Assembly (NCBI GenBank): GCA_022813965.1
Contig: JALDZS010000197.1
Location: 1-42,065 of the forward strand
Length of the DNA: 42,065 bases
Direction: 5' to 3'
DNA from: Toensbergia leucococca
Taxonomy: Eukaryota
A model generated the notes under the pieces. That model was given only the letters and a program-made list of their open reading frames with translations. It was not told the DNA's origin and did not search any database. Below, piece by piece: positions 11,175 to 22,422 of this stretch; the stretch's first letter is position 1; every line of letters begins with the position of its first letter. Position numbers and translations under genes: made by a program.

Positions 11175-12665
11175 AGCAAGGTGCGAATACTCGAAAGTTG
11201 ATCAGTGGAAGAAGCCTCCAGATGTATGACGGTTGTATTCCGTGGTGGCTAAGCTTTCTATTTCCCTGCGAGTTATTACCGCTACTCCTCGGAACGTGCA
11301 GGAGCACGATTGTCCAGACGTTGTTGGTCTATAACAATTCCTTCAACCTCGCCAACATGAGAGGCCGAATAAATAATCCTTCACCCTTTTACCGACGCGA
11401 TTGAGAACTTGGTCTGCCCTTAACAACCTATGATGCGAAGAGCCTCACCAACCACGTGTAAGCTCCCCGTTATTAAAACATGCGTAGAATTTCCTTCTGC
11501 CCCAATCCCTTTTGCAAGCTCCAAAGCACTCTTAATGCTTCGCACTTTCGCTATTTTAGATCCCGGATAGGCCCTCTGCCAAGGCTTTATGTACTGGTCA
11601 AGAAGGGCGAGCTGCGAATCTAAAAGTAATCAGATTCACGGACCATTGCTTGCGCTGCGTGTGTATGGACATACTGTAAAAACAATGTGCCGTATCGATG
11701 TGTGGTGCTCCAGGAGAGAGCAAGCTAGGCAATCTAAGAGAGCGACCTGATCTTGATGGCTGGAATTTCTGCCAAGCCAACCCAAGCCACCGACCAATGA
11801 CTATTCATAGAATTGACCAGTCACAGGGGAAGAGAGGAGGTGACCTAGCGGCCGTGACTGGTCAGGGTTAGCCATGCATTAAACCACCAGCGAAGCAAGT
11901 CATCACGATAAACGCTTAGTCTGGAGGAAAAGACCCCTTGAACCCCGCATAAATGTTATATTCATGTTTTCCGTTCATACCTCCATTATCAAATCCAGCT
12001 TGATAAATGACATGCCAACACTTAACGATCGTATTGCTTTCGGTGTATATCAAAAGGATGCTGATGCGGCAAAGTCTCAGGTATCCGATGGGTAGAAGCC
12101 TTCGAACCACAATACGTCCGAGATTCCTTCGACACGCCCTTTAAGTCTATCCCTCTAGAGATGAAGGGTATCGTGTTAAGCTATTTGGAGGTGCGATCCC
12201 AATAAAGTCCTGAACGGATAATTCTTCAGCATCTAAATTTCGATTATAGCACGGGGACAAAACGCCACTCGCGCATATTCTAAGAATTCCGAAAGAGGAA
12301 GTAGATAAGGATTCTCTCTCGAAAATCTCCACCATTATCTACGTCAAAACAAAGGAAAAACCCTATATAACTTCGTTCACTGCAGGCAAAGCTTTGACCA
12401 TTCTTGCCCTCGGTGGATTGTCATACGACAATGGCCTGCCTGCTGTGGGAAGCCCTCCGGTTGCATCAAAGCTTTTAAAGAGCGGTTACGCAATGCATCT
12501 ATCGGCCGGTGAAAGACAGACATTCAAGGGAGAAGGTGGAGGATGTGCACTCTTAATGCTGTGGAAATAGTGAGATTGTCTTGGGTTAGCCTGAGTGGGA
12601 GTCAGTATGAAAGCCGCTCTCAGTGGCCATCTGGTGGATCATGTAACGATCCTTTTTCCGATGCA

Positions 12666-13818
12666 TCATGGCCGTGCTCGCAGACCGCAACATGAACTCG
12701 TGGATGAGTTGGCCACGAGACTTTCGGTCCTTGGGTCGCTCGCCCTTGCGTTTACCTGCAACTTGGGGAAGGCATGAGAGCCTCGAGGTGGAGCGTAGGC
12801 ATTTGCATTTCTGCCATCATTGCGATCAGAATCCTGAGATCGAGCACTGCTTTGCCCTATCGGCGCATTCAGAAATTCAAGTCGCATTTGTCCTAGGGAC
12901 AACGGTTGCGGTAGAAGTGGAGCCTGGCCTGAAGTGCGGGCTGCGATGTCACGATAGTAATCTCTCTCTTCTTCTAACTTTCGAATCTTTTGCTCTAGCT
13001 CCGAGAATTTCCTAGTGGTTTCGCGCTCCTTCTCTTTCCGGCGCTGCCGAAAGCGATGAGAAGCCGTGGCATTACGCTTACGTTTATCGTCAGCGACTTT
13101 CGACGCAGCTTGCATGTCAAGAGGAACATGTAGGAGCTCGCTTCCAGTATCCATGGTCATCATTGAGTATGGACCGTCCCGTACCAAGAGTCATTGTCGA
13201 GGTGTGATCAGATGAGGAGATGGAACTAGGGAAGGGCTGAGGTTGGCTGATGAGCGCCATTCTAGATCGATTGTGGGGAACTCGATCGCAAGCGGACGAC
13301 TGTGTACTTTGGATGACGTTCTGAGTAACTGGGTACGGAGGCGCTAGGCTGGGAATAATCAGGCCTTCACAATCCTGCGTTTGAGAGGAAGGATGCTCTT
13401 GACTTTGTTGAAGGTATAGTGGTCTTGCCGAGGGTAAGGTCAGAGTTGTAGTAGAATGTGAAGAATCTGCAGCCCTATTTAGAGGAGATCTAGGTTCACT
13501 GCCAGTATTTGTATGATCTTCACCCTCTGTAGGATTGAGCAGATTGTGAACGCCAGCTGTACGCAAACCCGGTTGTTTTGCTTGCTTCAAGGGCGGAGAA
13601 GCTGGTAGAGAAACACTGGTGGCTGTTTGTACTCGCTGGGAGGTAGTTTTTGATGCTGAAGTTGGTATAGGCTTCTTGATAGGAGGTAAAGTCTGGGTCT
13701 GAAGGGAAGGGAGGTGTAAATGGTCTTCACGTGGTAAATCGGTAAATCTTGCAGCAATATCAGAACAGCTATGAGAACATCCCCGGTCGAGCTTAACAGA
13801 TGAATGATGAGAAAGCAT
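12666..13818 (-). pseudogene. bZIP transcription factor with a single frameshift near 13180 (pseudogene or sequence error)
   Basis: The disordered N-terminal ORF 13818-13117 (contains GVHNLLNP) overlaps the ORF with VPLDMQAASKVADDKRKRNATASHRFRQRRKEKE...LEQKIRKLEEERDYYR (basic region plus zipper). No intron is evident at the frame switch. Confidence 0.8.
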
Positions 13819-14047
13819 TTTGAAATATGGAAGACTGAAGTGACGCTTAATTGCAATTCAGATTCGAAGGTAGAAGTACAAAGTACCAGAAAACTTAAGA
13901 AAGCATGGACAAGCAGCATTGCATTTAAATTGCGTAAAGATCATACAGACGGGTGATCATGCCGGCCTGTAAGTCATCCTTACAGGTTCAGAAGGCCGAA
14001 TTGGAGCTTGGTTTCCCCAGGAGGAGCGCCACTTGCCACTAACCTGA

Positions 14048-14076
14048 AGCTTCCCCGACCCAAATTTGGGAGTTTG
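14048..14076. promoter_or_regulatory. Single copy of motif AGCTTCCCCGACCCAAATTTGGGAGTTTG (contains a CArG box) between the divergent bZIP and C2H2 genes
   Basis: Near-identical to the three units at 17314-17437. The palindrome CCCAAATTTGGG at 14059-14070 fits CC(A/T)6GG. Confidence 0.6.
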
Positions 14077-14490
14077 AAATCCTGTAATCCAAGATCGGAT
14101 AACGTACGCACCGAGATCGTGATTCGACTGAAAGTTAAAAGACTATAGCCTCAAAATGAAGAATGTCTAGCAAATTCTTTGCTGCCTGTGAAGCTCATGA
14201 GCTCGTCATTTGAAGGCTTGTTATCTTGAGTGCGCGTGGTATGTGCGGACAATTGCGCGCCCTCAGCAAAACAGACACAAGAATCGTAGTCACCCATCAT
14301 ATTGTCCCTGATTAAGCGTGGTTCAGGCCGTCCTGGCAAGGGAATCTATTGTCCGAGGGGTCGGGTAAGATCTCCTAGCAGGCCTGCAGCCCATCAGCGA
14401 CAGCTAACCGTTTAGAGCTAGCGCTCTTGCTGTGCCCAGTGACGACCAACATCTCTTCAATCAATGCATCCCTCGTACACATCAGCAGTC

Positions 14491-15812
14491 ATGGCAGTGG
14501 CAACATCAAACAAAGCAGACCCTCCTACCTCAGTCCGACGTCAAAGTAAAAGTAATCGAACCCCCGTTGCCAGCTCATTGCAATAGCTAATCCCCATTTA
14601 GGATTACGAACGTCGCCAAACGCAAAAGCCTTCAGCGACAACAAAGTTACATTCAAGCACCAGAGCTGCCCGGAGAATCCTCACCGAAGGATGTGGAATA
14701 TTGCAGAATCCATTATTGCGCGAATCCAGGTCTTAGAACACTTCGACCAGGATTACTCCCACAGCGACCGTTCATCCACCAATGAGCGAACTCTCGCGAA
14801 CGACGAAGCCGAGCGATCACTTTACAAGATAATGGAAGCAGCTCTGGCGCGTGTTTCAGTTCTAGAAAAGAGGAGGGATATATCTTATAGTTCTGCATTC
14901 AAAGTATCGAATGGAACTGAGTGCATCATAAGGGGATGTGGGGGTGATCTGTCCAAGCGAGAGCACGCTGTCCGCCATATAAAAACAACGTCCACCCCCG
15001 AGCATCAGGTCGCTGCTATAGTTCTGCAACAAACAGAGTGCTTAGAGTGTGGCAGGGGTTGGAAGACCCCATCTGGTCTTGTTCATCATGAAACAACACT
15101 TCATGGTGAAGCCTATACTTCGAGAATGGATATCTTCAGACCATTATTTGAACAGTCTTCCTGTACGCGTCTTGCTCTAATGATTCGCAAACATGTTTGC
15201 TTACTTTGTGCAGACTCTGTGGGTGGAAACCCTTCCAAGCAGTCATCACATTCCCAAACCCACGATGCCATTCCAAGCCCCACATTTCCACCAGGGCCAA
15301 GTGTTCCGTGCGCCGTTTCTGCTTCGGAAAACTCGACACCGTCATCTGCTCCCGATATCCACCATCTTTCGCAAACTCCTGTCCACTACCCGCAGCCAGA
15401 CTGGCCTGAGTCAAGCGAGTTCAATGCCTTCACGGACGCTATATCTGCAAATTCGGCGCAGCAGCCTACACCTATCACCGCTCCCTCACATCCTACTTAC
15501 TGCCCACAACCAGAATGGTCAGAGCCCAATGACTTCCAGCCTTTTACAGAGACAACAATCTTAACGCAGGTACCGCAGTCTGGTCCTATTGGGTACCCAT
15601 TGCCCGAATGGTCCGAATCAAACGATTTCAGCCCCAATAAAGCTCCTGCGAATTTGACACAGCCGTCATTGTCCAAGTTCAGTAGTTTTCCTCTAGATTC
15701 CGCTGGTTGCAAGCAGACAGATCGCCCTGAAGTGGGCGGCCTTCAACGTTCATATGCGAATCCCTCGAACGGGTCAAGCAACGTCTACCAATCTAGTCAG
15801 CCTGCTTGCTAA
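14491..15812 (+). CDS. C2H2 zinc-finger protein, putative transcription factor; introns ~14552-14601 and probably 15163-15213
   Basis: The exon from ATG 14491 splices in frame to ORF 14691-15812. Contains CIIRGC...H...H and canonical C-x2-C-x12-H-x4-H (CLECGRGWKTPSGLVHHETTLH). The P/S/Q-rich tail has three YPxPEWSExxDF-like repeats. Confidence 0.8.
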
Positions 15813-16117
15813 GCCTACTGAACATCGATACTATAGACAATTTCATATAGAGCATACGCGGGTGGAGAAGGGCGCTTGATAGGGTCCAGGATCTTGGTCG
15901 GTGGACACGGATGAAAGGGCGCAAAATGGCAGTCTTTCCTTTACTAGCTAATCGTATTGCCCTAATCATCTGACTTTAATGCGTAATCATCGCATTCACA
16001 TTGCCGAAGAATAAATAAGAACACATATCGTCATCCATCGGCCACGTAAAGATATGCTTCACAATCTTGATACTGTTCTACCACCACTCATTGAGACGCC
16101 GAGAAAGCGAAATTCAG

Positions 16118-16887
16118 TCATGTCGCAGATTTGTTCTTCCCGCCAATCAGAATGTAGACCCCTCCTCCTTCTTTGGAACAAACAAGATCTGTTCCGCCTT
16201 TTAAATAGATCAATGATCCCTTTGACCACGGTACCTCTTTGCGTTCGTTGGTAGACTGTACCTCAATCCAGCGCGGCAACCCTTCAGTGACGAGGGGAAT
16301 AATCACATGATAATCTGTAGGGAGACGTATTCGACGAATAGGGTGATTTTGAAGGGTCGGGTTGACGCGTTCGACCATCTTGAATGTGGACTGCGTCTCC
16401 GCAGGTGGCTTAACAAAGCTGGCAATCTTTGGTCGGACAACAATCTGCATCAGGTTAGCAGAGCGATCGTCTGTGATTTATCTACGGGCCTACCTTTGGA
16501 TGGACATTCGTTGCGTAGAATTCTCGAAGCTTTTCGCAGGCCGGCGTCCAATTCATCCTGGTGGTGATCTCATCTGTGGCTGAGGTTGCTCCTGACTGCA
16601 GTTCCGCCACTGCATTATCGATCAGGTCAGAATCAATGAGATTCTCAACGACTTGCACCGAGTTTTCGTATACTTCGCTGCTCGATGACATGTCTGGCGT
16701 CTTTTGATCGATGCTGGTGCGTTTAGACTTTATTGAGGGGTCTCGGCGGGGCTTGTGACTTCCGTAGCATTTCCCATGTCCATGCTCTTGCCGATCCATT
16801 TGTAGGCTGACGATTGGATAGTAAGTTACTTGCAAGAAGTGGGAAAATAGTCACTGACCGATACTGGGAAACAGCAGATGGGTCCAT
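16118..16887 (-). CDS. Three-exon hypothetical protein (~220 aa) with a beta-rich C-terminus; introns 16858-16807 and 16493-16445
   Basis: Both GT..AG introns join ORFs in frame: MDPSAVSQYR-LQMDRQ...NVHPK-IVVRPK...DYHVIIPLV...VPWSKGSLIYLKGG...GGGVYILIGG. The start codon is uncertain. Confidence 0.65.
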
Positions 16888-17313
16888 CGGTGCTTCAACG
16901 GCTGCTATACCACCAAATTTCAACACTCCAGAGTAACAGATTGGTGAACATCTTGTGATGGCGACAAGGCTATTATATCTTGAAAGAGTTCAAGGAGGTG
17001 AGCCCGAGAAGTAGGCAACGAGGCTGCAAGAAATTACGAAAAGGTTAATAAACATGACCAGCACGACGACAATGCCCACCCCGGCCACGTCAGGCTGGCT
17101 TTCTTATCAGACATTCTTGACGAATCCGACCTGACGCCTGAGAAACAGCAATATGCCTCCTGGATAGCAAATTAAATTTTGAGAATTCAATTCGGCACGC
17201 ATCCCTCCATAGGGGGCGAGTTCAAGATGGCTGGAATTCCTATTAAACATATTCATTCTGTCACCGCAAAATCGAATGTGGGAAGCTGTTTCGCTGATCT
17301 TTGAGCCCTTTGC

Positions 17314-17437
17314 AGTTCCCCGGCCCAAATTTGGGAGTTTGGACTATTTTGGATCTGCGAGCTTCCTCCGACCCAAATTTGGGAGTTTGGAGTTGCAGGG
17401 AGTTGGCAGCTTCCTCCGACCCAAATTTGGGAGTTTG
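17314..17437. repeat. Three-unit array at an exact 48-bp period: conserved ~28-bp core with palindrome CCCAAATTTGGG and dissimilar ~18-20-bp linkers
   Basis: Palindromes at 17324-17335, 17372-17383 and 17420-17431, each followed by AGTTTG. Linkers are gactattttggatctgcg and gagttgcagggagttggc. Confidence 0.92.
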
Positions 17438-17697
17438 AGGAAATAGGGGGAACTTGCTTCTTTCATCAAGCTTATCCTTCAAGAATGAAAGCATTTATGA
17501 GATTCGATTGTTCTCTCAATTCTTGGAAAACTAAGTGGTGGTCAAGGACTTCAATTTCTGCAACAAAAGCCTTGCATTCACCAAATCTCAATCTTTCAGA
17601 CCTTCATTATTCTTGTGGAGACTCATGCTAGCCAAGGCCTGCCTGCATTAGCTTGCTGCCTTGTTTTGCCTTATCTTTCCCTTGCGTGACTGTGCCA

Positions 17698-19352
17698 ATG
17701 CAAGAATCTCGTTGGCAAAGTGGCCCTAGCTCCACTGTGGACACCGCCAACTTCGCCCCTGCCAGATTACAACAACTTTACAACGATGTTTACCGTTCAA
17801 TTTTCCTTCCAAACGCTGGAACACACAGCCCTCCGCCGCCCTACCCGTCATCAGTCGACGATTTACCGTGTCGCTGGTGGGAAGATGGGGCGAAGAACAT
17901 CCTTCGTGGAAACGATCTTCAGGATATGAAATTGGTTTGTCGATTTCGCACTTACTGTGACGAAAACCTTCCGAGAGTTATTCTGCATACGCGATGGTTG
18001 CCATTGCTGGACGCGCTCTTTCTCAACCTTCACGGAGGCGACCGGCAAGCTGTCAACGACCTAAACAAAGATCAGAAGGTTGAGGGAATATTGGAGAAGC
18101 TGGTACCGCCGTTGCCTTCCTCAGACCCATTGGATATCCAGGAACTGCACGAGCTCTTACAAGAAGAGGATGTATCTCAAAGTGCCGTAGGCCTTAATGA
18201 GGCAAGCTGTTCAGCATTCAAGAGGATTCCATTCTCAGACTGGGCTAGGAAAGCACGCGATCCTCACGAGTTGGTAGAACTCGTGGATGATTTCCTGGAC
18301 TGGCACGGCAGTTTGCAGGATATCGTGGAGAGCCGTTTGAGAGACAACCCTGACGAGATGGAAAAGTACGTCCAAATGGAAACAGTAGGTGCCCCCATGG
18401 TGATCGAGATGGTTCAATTGATTCAAACCCATATTAGTTATTGCCTGAGTACAGTCCTGCTCGTTGGGCAGTGTCCCAGGGCTTGCAATACCATCGTTGT
18501 AACACAGATACTCCTCAACCTTGCGATCAATTTATTCTCAACGAACTTGAGGCCTTTTTCACACGCCAACACCAAAACCACATCGCGGCAGTAAGGCAAC
18601 TGGCCGTTTTGGAGTTGCGCTTTCAACGGATGTTCCTGAACGAGGAAGAGGTTGACTGGAGCCAGCGGTTTTGGACAAACGTCGATTTCTTCGAGCAAAT
18701 AACAACAACGCCTGCGACAGAAATAGCTGATTTCCTCACAAAGCTCGATCTGAAGGAACTTCGCTCAGTTCCCCCACAGGAATTCATCGATGGCAAAGGT
18801 CATCGTCTTCAGCATGTGCATAGACGGTGCAACCGGTTATGTGAAGCCATCCAGGAGAGCATTATTTTTGCGGAGCAGCTCAGTCCTTCTGTCGCACGCT
18901 TTGCTGAGGTAGGTTTCATATCAGTATCGCTCAGAACGAGCCATAAATGACATCTGAAGCAGGAACTACATGCCAGACGGAACTTCCATTCTTTGATTCC
19001 GACACTCCAAGCTCTAAGGGAAACTGGCTTCGATGAATCTGTCTTACCAGAGCTGTTTCCACTCATCAATAGCGATCGAAACTACTCTTGCTATAGAAAA
19101 GCATACGGAGAAGCGCCAAGCGTCCCCTTTCTACCACCTCACATCCGACAAATCATCCATTGTCAAGAGATAGGATTGTCGCAGATATACTTCTTTTTGA
19201 CATACAGCAACCCGGGCAATTTGACTCCGGTCCAGAATTTCGGGAAGCGGGAGGGCTCGTATGACCAGAAGCAGCTTTCACGTTGTTCCTGGGCTTCGAT
19301 TCGGACCAAGCTACTGCATTGTCTTCCGTTTGCACGTTCAATAGAATCATAG
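17698..19352 (+). CDS. Divergent RasGEF (Cdc25-homology)-like protein; introns 18385-18437 and 18909-18962
   Basis: Both introns splice in frame. The C-terminal part has Cdc25-like elements: ATEIADFLTKLDLKELRSV, ELHARRNFHSLIPTLQAL, LINSDRNYSCYRKAY, PSVPFLPPHIRQI. Confidence 0.7.
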
Positions 19353-19917
19353 TCGCAGTGAACGCACGGAGCAGTAAATAGCAAACCATTACATTTTAAA
19401 TCAATCGAATCAGTTAGGAGATAACCAAGAATCCTGGCAAATTCATAAGATGTATTTAGGATTTATACTATTAAATATTTGTGCAGCACTATAGCTATTA
19501 TATTAAATCCATCCTTGCCTTTTCGAGTACTGCCACAATTTGTCCTTCGACCATACAATTGTCTTAGGCAAGGAAACAACCGCTTGCAGTACGCAGTGAA
19601 GCTATCGTCCACCAAAAAAGCGTTTTGACACCAGCCCCATATCGTTAGCGCCGGGGTTATTTTCTCCAATCCCGCTAGTCCTAGACTAGTAAAGCTTGTC
19701 CTGGCCGCCGTAGTTGGCGGCAGCGCCATGCGTTTTCCACTCGGCGTCGTCTTTTAGGGCTCAATCGACTCCTGAGCACTTCCTATATACCCTCCGATGG
19801 TCCTGTCCAGGCGACACCTTCTAATGGTGAGCATTTTGAGTCCTGCCACGCATTCCTGAGACTTACGTCCCCTACAGGTCTTCTCAATCCCCTCCGGCTT
19901 CTGACCTCTTCAGCATC

Positions 19918-20856
19918 ATGCCTTTATCGCTTAACCAATCGATCAGGCAAATTGGTCCAAGTCGCTGGTATTTCGGATCATTAGTATGTGAGCGGATCAT
20001 CACAACCATGCAGTATGCGGATGCTGTTGCCGCATGGGAAGAAGACGAGTGCACATACATCCTACGGAATACGAAAGACGGTGGAATCGCCACTGCGTCC
20101 TTTGTGGATTCGTCTGAAGAGTTACGACTAGTACATGTGGGAGGAAGCTCATCAGCGGTCTGGACGATTGGAAGAGAGGCTTTCTGCAAGGTAAAAGCCT
20201 GGAATCCTGAGATGGAGACTGAGGACAAGACGATTGCTTTCATTAAGAAGACCGCGCCACAAATATCGACTCCAGAGGTCATATATGCCTGGACTGACCA
20301 TGATAGGTCATTTTTGATTCTAAGGCGAATCAAGGGATCTACTCTGAGAGATGCTTGGACATCACTATCGCTTTCTCAGCGCCACTCGGTCGTCAAATCT
20401 ATCGCAACTCTTTGTGATATTTTGGCCCAAAATACATCACAGATGCTGGGGAGTGCTACAGGAAGGCCTGTATTGGAGCCATTCCTAAGCCCATCCGATT
20501 CTGGTCTTTTGGGTTTGTTGACGCACAACGAATGCAAGAGATACTTCTCAGTCTCCTCGGATGAGTGTCCGCCACTCGGAAGAGACTTTTATTTCTACCA
20601 TCCGGACCTCGGACCGGGGAACATCATAGTGTCTGATGATGGGAGGGTGGCAGGAATTCTAGATTGGGAGGCTGCTGGCTATTATCCTGCTTTCTGGATT
20701 GCCACGAAGCCCTCAGTTTCTCCTGGCCTTGATTTCTATCCGCCAATAGCGGAATGTGATGATCATGAATGGAGAAAATGCCTACGGATGGAGCTCGAAA
20801 GACGGGGTTATCCACAAGCTTCGGAGTGGTATATCAAATGGAAAACTTTTCGGTGA
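19918..20856 (+). CDS. APH/choline-kinase-like phosphotransferase (second, divergent member)
   Basis: Intact 312-aa ORF with AFCKVK, ETEDKTIAFI..ISTPEV, FYHPDLGPGNIIV and GILDWEAAGYYP. Confidence 0.92.
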   Translation: MPLSLNQSIRQIGPSRWYFGSLVCERIITTMQYADAVAAWEEDECTYILRNTKDGGIATASFVDSSEELRLVHVGGSSSAVWTIGREAFCKVKAWNPEMETEDKTIAFIKKTAPQISTPEVIYAWTDHDRSFLILRRIKGSTLRDAWTSLSLSQRHSVVKSIATLCDILAQNTSQMLGSATGRPVLEPFLSPSDSGLLGLLTHNECKRYFSVSSDECPPLGRDFYFYHPDLGPGNIIVSDDGRVAGILDWEAAGYYPAFWIATKPSVSPGLDFYPPIAECDDHEWRKCLRMELERRGYPQASEWYIKWKTFR

Positions 20857-22422
20857 AATAACTTAATCTAAGGTGTCATAATCTAGACCTAAAATCTAAG
20901 ACGTTTCGAAGAGAACGCTAGTACGCTTATCTGGAGTGGAGGAGGATCATAGTAAATCTGAAGAATGAATGAATACAGTGCTCCAAGTTTGGCCCTGGGA
21001 CTTTCAAAGCTCGTTGAATGAAGAATCCAAAAATTCTGATCAATGCATGGTAACAATACCATGTGGAGTGTTTGATAGGGTTCTGTTGAGAAATGAGCTT
21101 TTGCAGACACTGTGCTGGAGATAAGATGGGGATTAACCTCGACTTCAACCATCACACCACTTTGGGCAGCTCCGCTCCGCAATACTCGCACTTATCCCTG
21201 CCTGATACATTTCCCTTCCCACATTTAGGGCAATTCATTGTTGGAGGATTTTGAGATTGCGGTTATGAAATTCAAGCCTTGCTTCAGTCAGTACCATGGA
21301 TATTATAAAGAAAAGGCAAGACCCACGGTGGCTTTGAATATATCAGCTCTATGGGAATGTTCTGATTAAAGAAATAATGGGGCTTCGTCCTCGTCTAATG
21401 TGCCGATGTTGTTACCCCGCTCCTTATCAAAGCAATATATCTTACAGACAAATCCTCTATGCAGGGTGCATATTAGATCGAGCTACAGGCATCATCGCTA
21501 CCCGAGGACTTCGACTCACGCGAAGTTTCCATCTATCTTCACTAGTCTTATTTGACTCTGCTGCCTAAACGTGTGGTCACATTTTGCACGTTCAGCTTCA
21601 GCCTTATTCTCTACACGGATCGGGCCTTCCTGCCTTAAGGGAGCAACCTCTGACAGCCTTTAATTCATTCAGTGAGCTCAGCCATAATAGAGTGAAGCGC
21701 GTTAAGGAAGGTGTGAGCTGCTTCTGCATGACCTGGAAGAGCTTCATCGAAGGCGTGAGCGACGGGGAATAGTCGGGTACTGGGCCGGCCGGCCACCCAG
21801 CCTCAGCCACTTCCTATTCCACATGGGAGTTCTGCATCTGACTCGCTCTTTCTCTTTTACCTTCTTATTGTATGACGGGTTCGCCTTCCGACGCAGGAGC
21901 TGATCCTCTAATGCACCTACTGAACTAGTAAGCCCGCTTCAGGATGCGGGTTGTCCATGCCATGCTTCACTCAGGAAGCCCCTGCTTGCTGCGCGCAGAG
22001 CTGCTTCTCATAACGCTAACCCACGACTATTGAAGTAGATAAAACACAGCAGGTTCGTGAGCATCTATACTGCTATGGCTGGAATTTCTCCAAAACTAGT
22101 TGTGACCATTGGGTTGAGCGTGTAATCAGGCGCTGGGAAGAGAGACATAGCAGAAGACGTATTTTTCGCGGAGTGTAAGGCCTGATTTATTAGGAGTTTA
22201 TTGATTAGTATGTCTTGCATTACTTAATGATAAACGCTAATAGTAAGAAATGCGTAGATGATTTGATTTTGCCTCTCATTAAGTCAATAGAGTATATTTT
22301 CAATGATACTTATGCTGTTGAATTTGCAAATAAACCTCTCCGCCTTGAACGCCTGTTGCATATGGGAATAGGCCACCTGAGTATTCTTCTTGGTAGCTAG
22401 AGCGTGGGCTGTGGTGACAATG

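Noticed and set aside
11916..12600. Minus-strand ORF fragments downstream of the bZIP
   Set aside because: Stops in all frames and no recognisable motif; may be a relic gene but cannot be called.
17314..17437. CRISPR array
   Set aside because: Only three units, spacers of ~18-20 bp, an intron-containing eukaryotic context and no cas genes. Kept as a regulatory-type repeat instead.
20889..22200. Short ORFs between the APH and AAA genes
   Set aside because: No motifs or consistent splice structure.
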